A DNA stretch of 64,000 bases, from positions 278,814,001 through 278,878,000 of the forward strand of contig OZ024742.1 of NCBI GenBank assembly GCA_964016885.1, written 5' to 3'. Position 1 is the stretch's first letter. Each line of letters opens with the position of its first letter. The position numbers and the translations under genes are program-made. Origin of the DNA: Eledone cirrhosa (lineage: Eukaryota). Below are positions 30,061-45,154 of this stretch, one piece after another. Under the pieces are notes generated by a model. That model was not told the DNA's origin, did not search any database, and saw nothing but the letters and a program-made list of their open reading frames with translations.

Positions 30061-30098
30061 CCTTTGCCGGTTTCGCAGTTCGTCTGCTTTTCAAAAGG
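30061..30098 (-). ncRNA. Minimal hammerhead motif with U3-A8 core (GCA triplet)
   Basis: Minus strand: cctt-TTGAAAA-gcag acgaa ctgc-GAAA-ccgg-CA-aagg then AAATAAA; lies between inverted arms ~29990-30050 / 30195-30250. Confidence 0.62.
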
Positions 30099-30744
30099 TG
30101 AGTTGAGATGGAGGGTATGTGGTTTAAAAACTACAGATCTATAAAAACTATATATTTAAACTACAGATCTATAAAACTACAGATCTATAAAAACTATATA
30201 TTTAAAAAAAAAATAAGACTCCAGTTGCATTTTCGATTTCATCTCTTTTTCTATATATATATTGTTATACTTGGGAAGGGTCATATTTGTGTAATAATAT
30301 ATATATGCATGCATATATCTATATGTATGTATATATAGGGATTGTAACGTCCAGTTACAGTAGGTTCACCAGAATGAGCACTAGGTGCGTAGTTTCCAGT
30401 AAGTATAGAACAAAGCAGTGTGCAATCTATATATCTGAAACAGAGAACGTCTGTCTGTCTGACTCTCTAAAACTTGAGAAGCACTCAACCGCTTATTTTC
30501 TTTACACATGCAATACGTATGGTACTGTGAGTGTTTTCAAAAAAATATTTTTCAAATTTTCAATGCCCTAGGGAACGCATTAGGCGATTTAGCGATCTCT
30601 CTCTATAATTGTTAGTCTTTCTTTTTAGATAGATACATAGATATAACGTTGCGCCCTTATAATATATGTCTGTACGTCTGGCTGTCTGCATTACGACATT
30701 ATGATGTCGCTATCTCTGTGTGTGTGTATATATATGTATATATC

Positions 30745-30885
<141 letters not shown>

Positions 30886-31036
30886 TATATAGTTAGGGAA
30901 GCAGCAAACTGCTTATTGTGATCCAGTTCGTGGTTAAGAAAGCCAGTTTCATGGATGGTTTCAACGTACGGTGAGGGGTAACTCCACAAGTTTGTCAGAA
31001 TCCCGTTCAATCTTGGAGTATGAAGTATAAAAGTTA

Positions 31037-31306
31037 AAACACAGGTAAGAATTAAGAGAAGGATTTTATCCAGGTATTTACGTGCAACTTATATTGCTAT
31101 ATTGCTATACTGCAAATAGCAGCCACACAATTATAATTGTTGTTAACGTGCAATTTTCAAAATAGTCATTTTGAAAATTTGGACGTGAACAACAATTATA
31201 ATTGAGTGGCTGCTATTTGCAGTATAGCAATATAAGGTTGCACTTACCAATGAAACGGTCGTAAATACCTGGATAAAATCCTTCTCTTAATGCTTACCTG
31301 TGTTTT
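31037..31306. repeat. Fold-back repeat; possible U3-A8 hammerhead at 31171-31266
   Basis: Inverted arms centred ~31165; TTGAAAA-tttgg...ccaat-GAAA-cgg-TC. Confidence 0.7.
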
Positions 31307-31308
31307 CT

Positions 31309-31373
<65 letters not shown>

Positions 31374-31381
<8 letters not shown>

Positions 31382-32089
31382 CGTAAAATAAGAAAATTAT
31401 ACAAATTAACTTACTTACTAAAATTTCACTCCAACTAATTAGTTTCTGAAAGGGAATAAACATAGTTTCCGAAGAAACGTACTAGAAGCCTTTCGTCATC
31501 AGGGAAGTCTATTCTCAGCTAAGTTTCCAGGCAATACGTGAACACAGGGAACTTATACAAAAATAATTCAGTGGATGGAAATAAGCAAAGCGTGGACTAA
31601 GTTCCAAGCCATTGAAAAAATCACTGCCTACTGTGTCGGTGGCAAATTCAAAAGAATCAATCACGTGACATCGAGGTCAATCAGTGAAGAGTGGTTTGTT
31701 AAGAAGACAGCAGCCGGACTTTTACTATGAACTATAGTAGCAGTTTGGGCCAGTTTTGGCTCGACAAAATAATTTGGAGTTAATTATAAAGAATTAGTAT
31801 ATCTACTAACATATATATACAGATGCATACCTAGAATTAGTATATCTACTAACATATATATACAGATCCGTACGTTTCTTCGGAATCTATGTTTATTCCC
31901 TTTCAGAAAATAAATAGTTGGAGTGAAATTTTAGTAAGTAAGTTAATTTTTATAATTTTCTTATTTTACGTCTCTCATATTATTGTTCTGCATCCCCATG
32001 CATTGAACCACAATGTTACTAAGACAAAACCTATATATTTGCTGGCATAGGTATGCATCTGTATATATATGTTAGTAGATATACTAATT

Positions 32090-32093
<4 letters not shown>
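31374..32093. repeat. Diverged family A copy plus inverted arm in (TA)n
   Basis: Starts atgagagacgtaaaataag; inverted arm 31868-32093. Confidence 0.88.
31428..31508 (-). ncRNA. Type I hammerhead ribozyme (family A variant)
   Basis: Minus strand: acttcc-CTGATGA-cgaaagg...cctttca-GAAA-ctaattag-TT-ggagt. Confidence 0.8.
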
Positions 32094-32152
<59 letters not shown>

Positions 32153-32565
32153 TATTTATATATTCGTGTACAGATATTTTTGCATACACAATAACAAAAT
32201 ATAAAGAAACTTATTTATTTCACGAGGCTCGATAAGGAGAAATATATATCAAATATATATGAACCCTAGAGCAACGCCGCGCAACGCCGGGCCATTCTGC
32301 TAGTATATATATATAATGTTGAATATTGAAATAGCTTTTACATTTGAACTGACTACCTTAATTACTTAATATTCTACTATGTATTGAGTACTTTAATTAC
32401 TGTGGTTAGCTCCGATTGAACCCATGATACACAGGCTCACATAAACATATATATATATACATATATATGTGTGTGTGTGTAAAAGGCAAATAGAAATAAC
32501 AACACAGTCGGTATAGTATATGGAAGGTATATATTAGGTACACGCTTGATATAGCAGGAAGAGGA

Positions 32566-32601
32566 TCCTAACGTTTCGGATGCTAGTCCTTCGTCAGAAG
32601 A
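32566..32601 (-). ncRNA. Minimal hammerhead ribozyme; decayed sister copy at ~14939-14974
   Basis: Minus strand: tctt-CTGACGA-agga ctagca tcc-GAAA-cg-TT-agga; host repeat 32490-32705 matches 14860-15077. Confidence 0.72.
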
Positions 32602-33064
32602 AAGAATGAGAGATAAAATAGATTGAGGGGACGGGCGGGATGAAATTGGAGAAAATGTCTTTAAAGGAAAATAACAGGTCCATTCATGTTGACATCTCTT
32701 GCAAAACTGTTGGTGCTGGCGTTTTGTGTATGATATATTTTTTAGAAAAGTGGATGATGGATGATGGAGCGCGTCTACCTGAAATGGAATAAAACCCGTT
32801 TTGTAAAAAGAGCTATACATAAGCACGTGTGTGTGTGTGTGTGTTATTATACGTCCATACGAAGATAAGAAGAAATGTGTGTGTATATGTGAGTAAAAGA
32901 GTGTGTGTTCATATAAGTACGAAGCTATGAGCCAAAGTATGTTAATATAAGGGTGTGTATGTGTGTATACAGAGCAGTGATGGGGAAAGTCGAATGAGCA
33001 TATACAGTTGGCATGTATTAATTGTAAGAGAAGTTGCTAATGATCAAGAGAAAGTATACACACA

Positions 33065-33118
<54 letters not shown>

Positions 33119-33140
33119 CGCGTGTGTGTGTGTATGTGTA

Positions 33141-34357
33141 AAGGAGGTCTGTTCCAATAGTAAGGGTATTGTTGATTTATTTATATATTAAACGTACATG
33201 AAATTACAAGTTATCTCCTTCAAAATACCACACTTTGGAAGTAACCAAGTGGTTCCGACGTTTTTTACATTGATCGTAGGAGTACCGAAAGTAATTTTCT
33301 GTGAGTGTTTTATCTCGTCGGTTACATTGTCTTGTATGTTTACCAGAATACCGAAATGATGACCCTTCACCTTCGATTTCAACGTAGCTATCACACATAG
33401 CTAGATTGGTTCTGTAGAATTGATGTAGAATAGCGAGAATATTTTTCGCCCGAAAATCTCTAATGGAATGTGCCTTGTGAGTAGGCACATTATCGTGGTG
33501 CAGTACTCAATCTTCTTCAATGTTCTTTTGGACTCACTGAACCTGATTTCGAAAAAGTTCCAAAAACATCACTGAAGAAGGTGCGATAAATGTCTTCCCT
33601 TGAGGCGAAATTATTTGAGAACAATCGAACGGATGTCGAAAAAGATGATAATCATTGTTTTCATCCTGTATCTACTCATTGGGTATTTTCTTCAGACGAG
33701 GAGAATTGTTCGTGCGCCACTCCTCATTTAGTTTCTGGATCGTACTCCATTACTCAAGATTCATCACCTCTTATTACTTCATTCAAGAAATTTGGTTCAA
33801 TTTTGAGTCTTTCTAGCAAATCCAGACAAATTTCCAATCAGTTCATTTGTTTATTTACAGACAAGTGTTTAGGCATTAATTTTGCTTAAAACTTTTGCAT
33901 TGCTGTTAAAATGTTGTGAACTGCATTTTTGTCCAAACCTGTTTCTTCTGTAATTATTCTAATACTTAATCGGTCTTCTTTTACTATCAGCGATGGTACC
34001 GCACCACTTGCACATTTTGTTCACTTCCTGACATTCCAGAACGAAGTTCGTTTCCGACATTTTCTCGACCATCATTGACAGCTTTATCCCATTTATAAAC
34101 CCTATTACTTGATAGAGTGGCATCTCAATAGGATTGTGTTAAATAATTAAATGTTTGGTGTACTGTCGTTCCTGCATCGCAAACGTAACAGAAGATATAA
34201 AAAGGTCTCTATATAAACAGCAATAACTCACCACTCAATCGATCAAGTTGAAACAAGTATGTACGTGCTGCCAAAGTCGTACCCAATACGCCTCCATACA
34301 TCAACGAGGTGGTGCGTTACAATGTCGTACATAAGAAAATCAGAACCCTTACCTTTG
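33141..34357 (-). mobile_element. Degenerate mariner transposon
   Basis: Minus strand VIRGDES*VMEYDPETK, HHDNVPTHKA, LKSKVKGHHF, YFEGD; partial TIR similarity gtaagggt/acccttac. Confidence 0.8.
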
Positions 34358-34378
34358 TATATATATAGTATATATATA

Positions 34379-34407
34379 CTAGCTGCAGTACCCGGTAATA
34401 CCCGGGA
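34379..34407 (-). mobile_element. Helitron-type 3' terminus
   Basis: Minus strand cccgggtattaccgggtactgcag-CTAG|T (hairpin + CTAG). Confidence 0.6.
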
Positions 34408-36844
34408 AAGGTGGGGTTATTTGTAGTTCCCAGAGTGCGGCTGAAAATGCTATCGAATCTGGGTGACCATAATGGATTTTCGATAGCAACCTTTGCCAGG
34501 TGTGTTTATGGCAGATCAATTTTTTTGTGTGGAACTATCAATAGCTGTTGCATCATGAGTCCGTCTTCCATCCAGCTTTCTTCATCATTCGGAGTGAATA
34601 AGCTGGAAAAGTTTGAGCTCGAAGAGTATCGAAATTATTCATTAAACGTATATATAAGAATAGCAAACTTACTACCTTAGCGGTCAAGAACAAACACAGA
34701 ACAAATGAGGAATTCATCACAATCGAAGAAATTATAACCAAGTGAGCATATTCAGGTACTGTTCAAGCACTCTGTATATCATTGTTTGTAAAGCCCTTCG
34801 AATCACTGAAGCAATTCAATAAAACCATCCCATATTCCCCCTATAGTAGACATAACCCGAGAAAACACACCATAATAAGTCGGATAAACAATCAGAGGAG
34901 TTGGCCCTAAAGGGAGGCCTTTTAACATTCACTGTTGCAAAGTGTCAATAATGGTGGAGACGTTACATCCTAATTCTTGTTAATCTTGCCACGATCCGAC
35001 ACCACGAAATATCAACAAAATTAATTTTCACATACATATCCCTTCAGAGCAGGAAGTCATGTATTGAAAATAAACTTTTCTTCCTCTCTCTATATTATTT
35101 TGTTATTATGATTATTTCCACTATTTGTACAAATATGCAACTTAACAATATTCTGCATATCCGAAATTGACAATGCATTTAATGCTGAAACCGGTATTGT
35201 AAATAAATTAATGTTTTGAATTTTCATATATATATATTTTGTTCCTATAAATTTGACCGGTTTGCTGACGCTAGAAACAGGCTATGGCTCCATATGCTCT
35301 GCCCGAATTACACGGAACGAAGCAACGCACTTCACTTAATTGTCAACTACAATTTGACTACCAAAGCTTACCAGACGATACAACTCATCCTGCTAGGCTC
35401 GCAGTACATGGAAGGTACCAACATCCCCTGGATGGAATTTAAACCACGGTTATCCATTGGAAAAAGGACACTTATGAGAGAGACACTCTTCTCTCACTCC
35501 TATTGCACACAAACTGGTGAACCAGTGGAAGTCTCTTTACGAACATTGTAAACCCTATCATAATCCTTATCGTAACGTTATTTTCTATATTTGTCACTAT
35601 CTATCTTCCCAATCCATATTCTATACAACCAGAAAAACCACCCTTGGGGTAGCTTTCTCCTAGCATGTGTAGTGTGCATATTGATATTATATGCAAATAT
35701 ATATGCATGTAGATATGATACATCAAATAAAATTGTAAATGACAATATGCACAGACATTGAAGAGAGACTGTGTTACACTCTCTTCTGAATCAGTAATGT
35801 AATCCATGATACATCTAAAAAAGACAATATTACAATATTATATATAAATTGCATTACGGTGAAATGTAATGAAAACGAAAAAGGAGTAAATTAGCTACAT
35901 CAATATAAACATTATGATATAACAATGCAAATATATGAACGTTTATATAAGCGATGTGATATAACATACGTTATATCATAACCGGAAGTATTGACATTTG
36001 AACATTTTAAAAGAAGTGAATCTTAAAATAAGCAATCATTATATATAAGAATATTAATGTTTAATTAACAGCTACGAAACTTAGTACATAAATTATGTAA
36101 TATTCATTCATTATTTATTCAAAGTAATCCAACTTATTTCACTAACGGGATAACAAAATCTATTCAAGATACAGTCCTTCACTCCTCCTTTTATTATATT
36201 ATGACTTAGGTACATTTGTACCTGTTGAGGTACACTTTTGCTGATGGCAGAATATGTTACAACATTTTCTTGCGTCTATTTCCTTGCCTTCATTATATTA
36301 TATGTACTTTTCATTTTCTTCTGTTTTAAATTTTTTTACCCCGTAACATTTTATGTCGTATATTGTTACATTTTATACCTTGCTCTTATACTTTACATCT
36401 ATAAATATATTGCATTTTACTCTATTTTAATTTATAGATGTTATATAAACTATATAAAATCTATGCTATATAATCTGGTTTATAGTGAAGATATACTGGT
36501 ATCTATTGTTATTATAATTATCACTTTTCAATATAATTATTCCTTATATTTATTATTCCTTTTAATTATATAATTATTCCATTTTTCTTATATATTTATA
36601 ATTATTACATTTTTATTATATATTTTTTTCATGATATTTATTTAATATTATTTAAGGAAAAAAAAATTGTTTTTTGTGAACATTTTCGACGTTTTCAAGT
36701 TATGGTGGGTTTTTATGCTGTCTGAAGAGTTCAGGCGATCAGAATTAGCAGGCTTCAGCGAAATATGACTAACGAAGATTTAAATAAACCTAACTCAATT
36801 GATTATGACCTTACATCCATCCTTCAATACTATATATATTTACA

Positions 36845-36975
36845 GAATTAGCCGTCGAAACGGCTTGAGCTCAGCCGTCGGGGTCTTACTTACTCCTATT
36901 ACCCACTCTACTACCCTAAGTATTGAGTACTTTGGTGCGTTATGGTCCACCTGGTTCCTTACCACTTTTCCCTCG

Positions 36976-36977
<2 letters not shown>
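36845..36977. repeat. Family C short (TA)n-adjacent repeat; copies ~14747-14815, 45778-45960, 53757-53870, 59490-59680
   Basis: Shared acccactctactaccctaagtattgagtactttggtgcgttatggtccacctggttccttaccac. Confidence 0.8.
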
Positions 36978-37050
<73 letters not shown>

Positions 37051-37065
37051 TGTATATATATATAT

Positions 37066-37153
37066 ATATGGAGAAGAAGTTTACGAAATGGAAATGCGGT
37101 TATATAGAATTCTATATACCCGCATTTCCATTTCGTAAACTTCTTCTCCATAT
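37066..37153. repeat. Near-perfect 88 bp palindrome
   Basis: atatggagaagaagtttacgaaatggaaatgcgg...gaattc...ccgcatttccatttcgtaaacttcttctccatat. Confidence 0.9.
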
Positions 37154-37328
37154 TTTCTCCGGATTTTAAAACACTTTATTATACGTTGAGCAATCTCTGA
37201 CGTCGGTTGACTCCATCCAATGCAACTACTTAGTAACATTGGAATACAAATTTACTAATTCTATATATATATATATATTGAATAAAGTTAAATCAAAGTC
37301 AAATGATTAAAATTTAGTTTCGTTTATT

Positions 37329-37383
37329 ACTGCTATATATATTTCAGTGACAGCCATCTTTGGCTGTGACCTCTTCAGGCAGT
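37329..37383 (-). ncRNA. Type I hammerhead ribozyme in fold-back element 37278-37730 (relative at 57293-57490)
   Basis: Minus strand: actgc-CTGAAGA-ggtcacagcc aaagat ggctgtcact-GAAA-tatata-TA-gcagt-AATAAA. Confidence 0.85.
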
Positions 37384-37727
37384 TTGGATTAGTATGGTAT
37401 AGACAAGTACATATGTTGTTTAGGTGTATAATATTGTCAATACTCTGATTTGCCCAGTTCCTATTTGGGTTGTTAATTCACTGAGGAACTGGAGTCAATT
37501 AACAACCCAACTAGGAACGGGGCATATCAGAGTATTGACAATATTATACACCTAAACAACATATGTACTTGTCTATACCATACTAATCCAAACTGCCTGA
37601 TCAAATTTAATCATTTGACTTTTATTTAACTTTATTTTACACTACTCCGGAGTAACCAAACCAACCTGCGCACTTCGTCGAGTGCTCCAGCCTGCATACT
37701 GAGGTGTTGGTATACAACCAATATAAA

Positions 37728-37878
<151 letters not shown>

Positions 37879-37935
37879 GTATATATATAGATATATGTAT
37901 ATATAGATATATGTATGTGTGTATATATATATGTG

Positions 37936-38010
<75 letters not shown>

Positions 38011-38047
38011 GTATATATGTATATATATATTTATATATATCTATATC

Positions 38048-38080
<33 letters not shown>

Positions 38081-38087
38081 ATATATG

Positions 38088-38149
<62 letters not shown>

Positions 38150-38161
38150 CATATTTATATA

Positions 38162-38207
<46 letters not shown>

Positions 38208-38534
38208 AAGAGAAAACGATGAAGTTTCTTTTAAATGTATTTATTGTTTTATTTTGCATCACTTAGTAATGCGCGTTTCGCAGAAATCGACTCACAGTCT
38301 TCCATTGAAATTATGTTCCCGATGGCCGCATGAATCTGCCCATCAAACTAGAAATTCAAGAAAAGAAAAGTGTTTGTTGTGATCATTAAACTTTGTTATA
38401 CCTTAAACCAATCATCTGCGAACATGCATAGACAGAATAAATGTTTACAAATTACGATAGTAAAATAAGAATTAATTAAAAATAGATAAATTCAAGATAT
38501 TTTAAATCATATTGTAATGAATGGTGTTTTATAT

Positions 38535-38661
<127 letters not shown>

Positions 38662-38675
38662 GTATATATATATAA

Positions 38676-39660
38676 GTATGTATACGGTTGTTACTTAAAT
38701 ATAAGTATGTATACGTACATACATATATGTATACAGACGTACAGAAGTATATATATATATATACATACATGCACAAAAGGGCAACGATGCTTGCTAAACA
38801 CTGTACGGCTTAATTCGGGATGTTTGTTTACAAACAAACCGAGCATTATAATAAATGCTCGGTAAATCCATACGTACATATATATATATATATATGTATA
38901 TGTGCATGTATGTATATATATATACATACTACTGTACGTCTGCATAGATATATGTATGTACGTGTACATACTTATATTTAAGTAACAGCCGTAGTAAGAG
39001 TGAGAAATGAAATTTCGTTTCATTTTTTCCATTTATCGTTGTCGGTGCGCCCGGCCGATTAACTAACGCGATATGCAAATTAGGCTGCTCAGCCGTTAAT
39101 ATGCATAAGGAAAGTATATACTTTCAGACGTTCAACCATCTGGCAGGAAGGTATACGGTGCTGACGATAGCTAATAAGCTTGAATCTAGTACATCTTTCC
39201 TTTGTCAGTGTTGAACAAAAGTGCAACGATGGTTACTAAACACTGTACGGCTTAATTCGGGATGTCTGTTTACAAACAAACCGAGCCTTATAATAAATGT
39301 TCGGTAAATCCATACGTACAGATATATATGTGTGCATGTATGTATATATATATATACATAATACTGTACGTCTGTATACACATATGTATGTACGTGTACA
39401 TACTTATATTTAAGTAACAGCCGTACTAAGATTGAGAAATGAAATTTCGTTTCATTTTTTCCATTTATCGTTTTCGGTGCGCCCGGCCGATTAACTCACT
39501 CGATATGCAAAAGAGGCTGCTCAGCCGTTAATATGCATAATGAAAGTATATACTTTCAGACGTTCAACCATCTGGCAGGAAGGTATACGGTGTTGACGAT
39601 AGCTAATAAGCTTGAAACTATACATCGTTCCTTTGTCAGTGTTAAACAATAAACTGTAGG
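38676..39660. repeat. Family B tandem array (period ~432 bp) with core-mutated hammerheads at 39155-39197 and 39587-39628
   Basis: agtaacagccgta at 38981 and 39413; cores GAAT and TTGACGA. Confidence 0.82.
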
Positions 39661-39770
39661 TATATTCATACGTACAAATATATATATGTGTGCATGTATG
39701 TATATATACACATACTACTGTACGTCTGTATACATATATGTATGTACGCGTACATACTTATATATATATG

Positions 39771-39906
<136 letters not shown>

Positions 39907-39968
39907 CATATATATATAAGTATGTACGCGTACATACATATATGTATACAGACGTATATATATATATG

Positions 39969-40109
<141 letters not shown>

Positions 40110-40125
40110 GTATGAATATACTATG

Positions 40126-40163
<38 letters not shown>

Positions 40164-40220
40164 CATATATATATATATAAATATAATTATATACATGTAT
40201 ATATATGTATATATATATAC

Positions 40221-40251
<31 letters not shown>

Positions 40252-40252
40252 C

Positions 40253-40318
<66 letters not shown>

Positions 40319-40376
40319 CATATATATATATATGTATACATATATATATACATATATAATCATATATATATATGTA

Positions 40377-40438
<62 letters not shown>

Positions 40439-40439
40439 G

Positions 40440-40497
<58 letters not shown>

Positions 40498-41134
40498 ATA
40501 CACGTGTGTCTGTATGTATGTGCATGTCTGTATATGTGAAGCAGAATGTATGACGTCTTTAGTTACATAGTTTTTTATTTATTTATTCACCAAAGTTCAT
40601 TAAACAGAACACACGAATTCATTATCGACTTAACACTAGTCTGTCAACACTCACTAACTTTAATCAAACGTTGAAGGAGATTTTTGCATAAATGAAATCT
40701 AATACTAATCGATTAATTTTGAGAAATTTGGAAAAATTTCCGATCACAGGTTTTTCTTAAATTTTTTTTTTGTATTTTAGTAAGTGAACATTCTTAGTGC
40801 ATAACTGTCTGTAACTATTGCCGAGTACAATAGTACAATAGTACAATACTAATTATAGGTTAATAAGTATAAGTGAATGTTGTGAATTGCCAGAATCGTC
40901 AGAACGCCTGGTAGAATGTAACTGGGTAGTATTTCTGATTCTCTACATTCAAATCACGCGGTGATTAACTTTTACTTTCAGACTTCTGATGTTGCTAAAT
41001 AAATTACAAATCTAAGTACCGGAGTCGATTCTTCCTCTATAGTTCTTTCTCACCTACTCCCCTCTCTCAGACTCTCTGTCTCTCTCCCCCAATCTCTCTC
41101 AAACAAACAGAGAAACAGACAGGAACTCCAACTG

Positions 41135-41206
<72 letters not shown>

Positions 41207-41231
41207 TCAGATGTTCAAGTCCTTTAATAAT

Positions 41232-41365
41232 AATTGTTTCTACTTTTGGCACAAGGCCAGCAATTACCAGTGCATTACTGGTACTTTATTTTATCGACCC
41301 CGTAAGGATGAAAGGCAAAGTCAACCTCGGCGGGATTTGAACTCAGATGGTAAAGGGACGTAATT
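41232..41365 (-). mobile_element. tRNA-derived SINE, 5'-truncated
   Basis: Matches 51522-51706. Confidence 0.8.
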
Positions 41366-41376
41366 ATGCTAATAAT

Positions 41377-41450
41377 GCTGTGATATATATTTCAATGACG
41401 ACACTGGCCACACTATTCTGTGTGCGAGTGTCGCGACATCGTCAGACAGT
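41377..41450 (-). ncRNA. Hammerhead ribozyme, left arm of inverted repeat 41370-41836
   Basis: Reverse complement of the 41754-41827 motif. Confidence 0.78.
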
Positions 41451-41753
41451 TGTTACATAATAAGGTTATTTTTCCGAGGCAATGCAAATTGAATCGACAT
41501 GGGAACGGACAAAGTGTGTGCTTTTGGTTTCTTCATCCGTTCCCCTTTGAGTACCAATTCACCCCCATCGGTCTGCGCAGGCGCATGTCCGAAGGAAGTT
41601 GACCATTAGCTACCGCAGATTTCAACGAAATTGGATTAGTCAGTTCCCCCTCCCAGCCAAACAATGACCCATTCAGACCTGTACCATAGTAAACTATGGT
41701 ACAGGTCGATTCCATTTGGATTGCCTCGGAAACATAACCTTATTATGTAACAA

Positions 41754-41827
41754 GCTGTCTGACGATGTCGCGACACTCGCACACAGAACAGTGTGGCCAG
41801 TGTCGTCATTGAAATATATATCACAGC
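41754..41827 (+). ncRNA. Type I hammerhead ribozyme
   Basis: gctgt-CTGACGA-tgtcgcgacact...agtgtcgtcatt-GAAA-tatata-TC-acagc. Confidence 0.85.
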
Positions 41828-41873
41828 TTCATTATTAAAAGACTTAAACATGTGAAACTACTTCGCTTTTCCT

Positions 41874-41969
<96 letters not shown>

Positions 41970-42801
41970 AAGTATGTATGTATACGTGCATTCATATATG
42001 TATACAGACGTACAGTAGTACGTATATATATACATACATGCACACATATATATATGCACGTATCGGTTTACCGAACATTTATTATAATGCTTTGGTTTGT
42101 TTGTTTGTAAACAAACAGCCCGTAACGCCGTACAGTGTTTAGGCAACCACGTCACCTTTTTGTTCAACACTGACAGAGGAACGATGTAGTAGTTACAAGC
42201 TTATTAGCTATCGTTAGCATCTTATACCTTCCTGCCAGTTGGTTGAACGTCTGAAAGTATATACTTTCCTTATGCATATTAATGGTTGAGCAGCCTAATT
42301 TTCATATCGAGTGAGTTCAGTCGGCTGGGCGCACCGAAAACGATAAATGGAATAGAATGAAACGAAATTTCATTTCTCACTCTTAGTATGGCACTGACTC
42401 ACTCGATATGCAAATTAGGCTGCTCAGCCGTTAATATGCATAAGGAAAGTATATACTTTCAGACGTTCAACCATCTGGCAGGAAGGTATACGATGCTGAC
42501 GATAGCTAATAAGCTTGAAACTAGTACATTGTTCCTGTGTCAGAGTTGAACAAAAAGGTGACGTGGTTGCCTAAACACTGTACGGCGTTACGGGCTGTTT
42601 GTTTGTTTACAAACAAACAAAACGAGCATTATAATAAATGTTCGGTAAACCGATACGTGCATATATATATGTGTGCATGTATGTATATATATACATATTA
42701 CTGTACGTCTGTATACATATATGTATGTACGTATACATACTTACATTTAGGTAAGTGCCGTACTTAGAGTGAGAAATAAAATTTTCGTTTCATTCTATTC
42801 C

Positions 42802-42805
<4 letters not shown>
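41970..42805. repeat. Family B fold-back dimer in (TA)n
   Basis: Arms 41970-42316 and 42396-42740 are reverse complements. Confidence 0.88.
42490..42532 (+). ncRNA. Minimal hammerhead ribozyme (family B)
   Basis: acgatg-CTGACGA-tagctaataagctt-GAAA-ctag-TA-cattgt. Confidence 0.82.
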
Positions 42806-42852
<47 letters not shown>

Positions 42853-43237
42853 AACATACATATGTATATATATGAGATGAATGAGAGTGGGTATATCACT
42901 CGTTCGTTACCAATTGCGCAGATGCTTAATGTGTTAGACACTTATGAAAAAATACAGACCATAATAATTTAATTTAGGTAAAAAAAACGCAAAGTAAAGT
43001 GTTGTCTTTCGCTATTTGAAGGTGTCCTCAGTTATAAAAGATACTCAATACGTTATTAGAATATTTAGATCTTTATTTTATACAGTTCTAGTCATGTAGA
43101 AGTAACTTCTATACAAAAGGAAGGTACAGGCATACACATAGACACATACAGACACACACACACAATTACAGACATATGCACACTCTCACAAGCACGCGCG
43201 CACGCCCACACACACATATACACAAATATATATATAA

Positions 43238-43281
<44 letters not shown>

Positions 43282-43578
43282 GACAAAATATGCGGATTTC
43301 TAGCGTAATAATTCTAATTTAGAGATCTGCATTCCTGAGTCAAGCAAACTGCCTGGAAACGGGAATGTCTTAAAGGGCTTACAGTCATCTACAAACTGGG
43401 CACTGTTATGTATTATTATGTAATTTATTATCATTATTTTCATGTACTGGGCTCGATATAATCGACTTTCCACCCAATTGCTGGCCTTGTCCTTATATCT
43501 GAAACCATTGCACTGGTATAATTGCTAAACTAAAAAAAAAAACTATTACTATTATAATTATTATTATTTTCTTTTTAA

Positions 43579-44150
43579 GGGCGGTGGATTCGCAATATCG
43601 GTAGAGCGTCAGACACCATGCATTGCAGCATAGAGTTATGACCCTTCACATTCTGAGTTCAAATCCCGACGAGGTTAGTTTTGTCTTTTATCCTTACGGG
43701 TTCGATAAAATAAAGTATTAGTAAGACATGGGTCGATTTAATCGACATTACCCTCCCTCCTATAATCCCTGGACTTGTGCTTCAATCAGAAACCATTTGG
43801 TTTGGCAGTATCGATAGAGTATCAGATACCATGCTTGGCAGCATAGAGTTGTGGCCTTTTACGCTCTTACTTCAAATCCCGCCGAGGTTAACTTTGCCTC
43901 CTTTCATCCTTACGGGGATTAATGAAATAATGCACCAGTAATGCACTGGGATAATTGCTGGCGGTGGATTGGCAGTATCGGTAGAGGGTCTGACGCCATG
44001 CTTTGATGCATAGAGTTACGGCCCTTGCCATTCTGAGTTCAAATCCAGCCGAGGCTAACTTTGGCTTTCATCCTTACGGGGTCAATAAAATAAAGTACCA
44101 GTAACGCACTGAGGTAATTGATGGCCATGTGCCAAAATTAGAAACAATTA
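43579..44150 (+). mobile_element. Three tandem tRNA-derived SINE copies
   Basis: ggcggtggattggcagtatcggtagag (A box) ... gagttcaaatcc (B box) ... gaaacaatta, repeated. Confidence 0.85.
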
Positions 44151-44659
44151 TTATTATTTATTCTATTTTGTTTCCTTTTTCATTATTTCCATTAATTCGT
44201 TCTTGGTTAGTTGCAGTAGATGTACATAAATGTCTTGATCTCCTTACTTATCATTATAATGCTTTGTCATTTCAAAACCTCTTCTTAACTAGTTATCAGT
44301 TGTATAGTAGATTGTGTAATGTAGTCATCACAGCCTGCATGGGCAAGATTTTCCTGTTCGTATTTGGTGTTTTGAATCGATTTCTATTAAAAGAAATAGA
44401 GAATATGGAAATTATTTCTTTTCATTGTGTTTCTTGTATTTCTCGGTTCTCGACCATTCTATATGGTTCTTTGCATCTTTGCATCTTTGCTTTCCCACTG
44501 TGTTTTCTATCTTCAAGCTTATTTGATTTTTCGAAGTGTGTGTATGTATTGTTGATGTACATGTAAACAGACACAAGCGCGCACATACACACGCACTCAC
44601 GCACACTCTCTCTCTCTCTCTCACACACACACGTATATATATATGTATATATGTATATA

Positions 44660-44712
<53 letters not shown>

Positions 44713-45040
44713 TACACACATATACATATATATATATATATATATACATACACACGCACACACACATATACATATATATATGTGTGTGTGTGTACATATA
44801 CATGTACATATACTTCAATATAAAACTCTTATCGAAGAAAATATAGCTTTGAGATGCATGGTGCATGGTGCAGAAGGTATGCAAAGTAAATGTCGGCTGT
44901 AGAGAACATTTTTAAAATATTTGCTTCGGTTCATTTCGTTTTTATGAGATAGTTCAGAACGGAACAGTGTAGATGTACACGCAGGATTCCAAGTCTTGCC
45001 TGACAGATATTGGATTTCAGGAACCGGGAAACACAAGAGA

Positions 45041-45154
<114 letters not shown>

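Noticed and set aside
36713-36775. Additional weak hammerhead-like motifs (also ~9070-9120, 38265-38310, 45470-45512, 47280-47315, 51335-51365, 59355-59385)
   Set aside because: Core or stem I too degenerate to call by eye
43579-43680. tRNA gene
   Set aside because: A/B boxes belong to SINE heads; no cloverleaf, and followed by the SINE body
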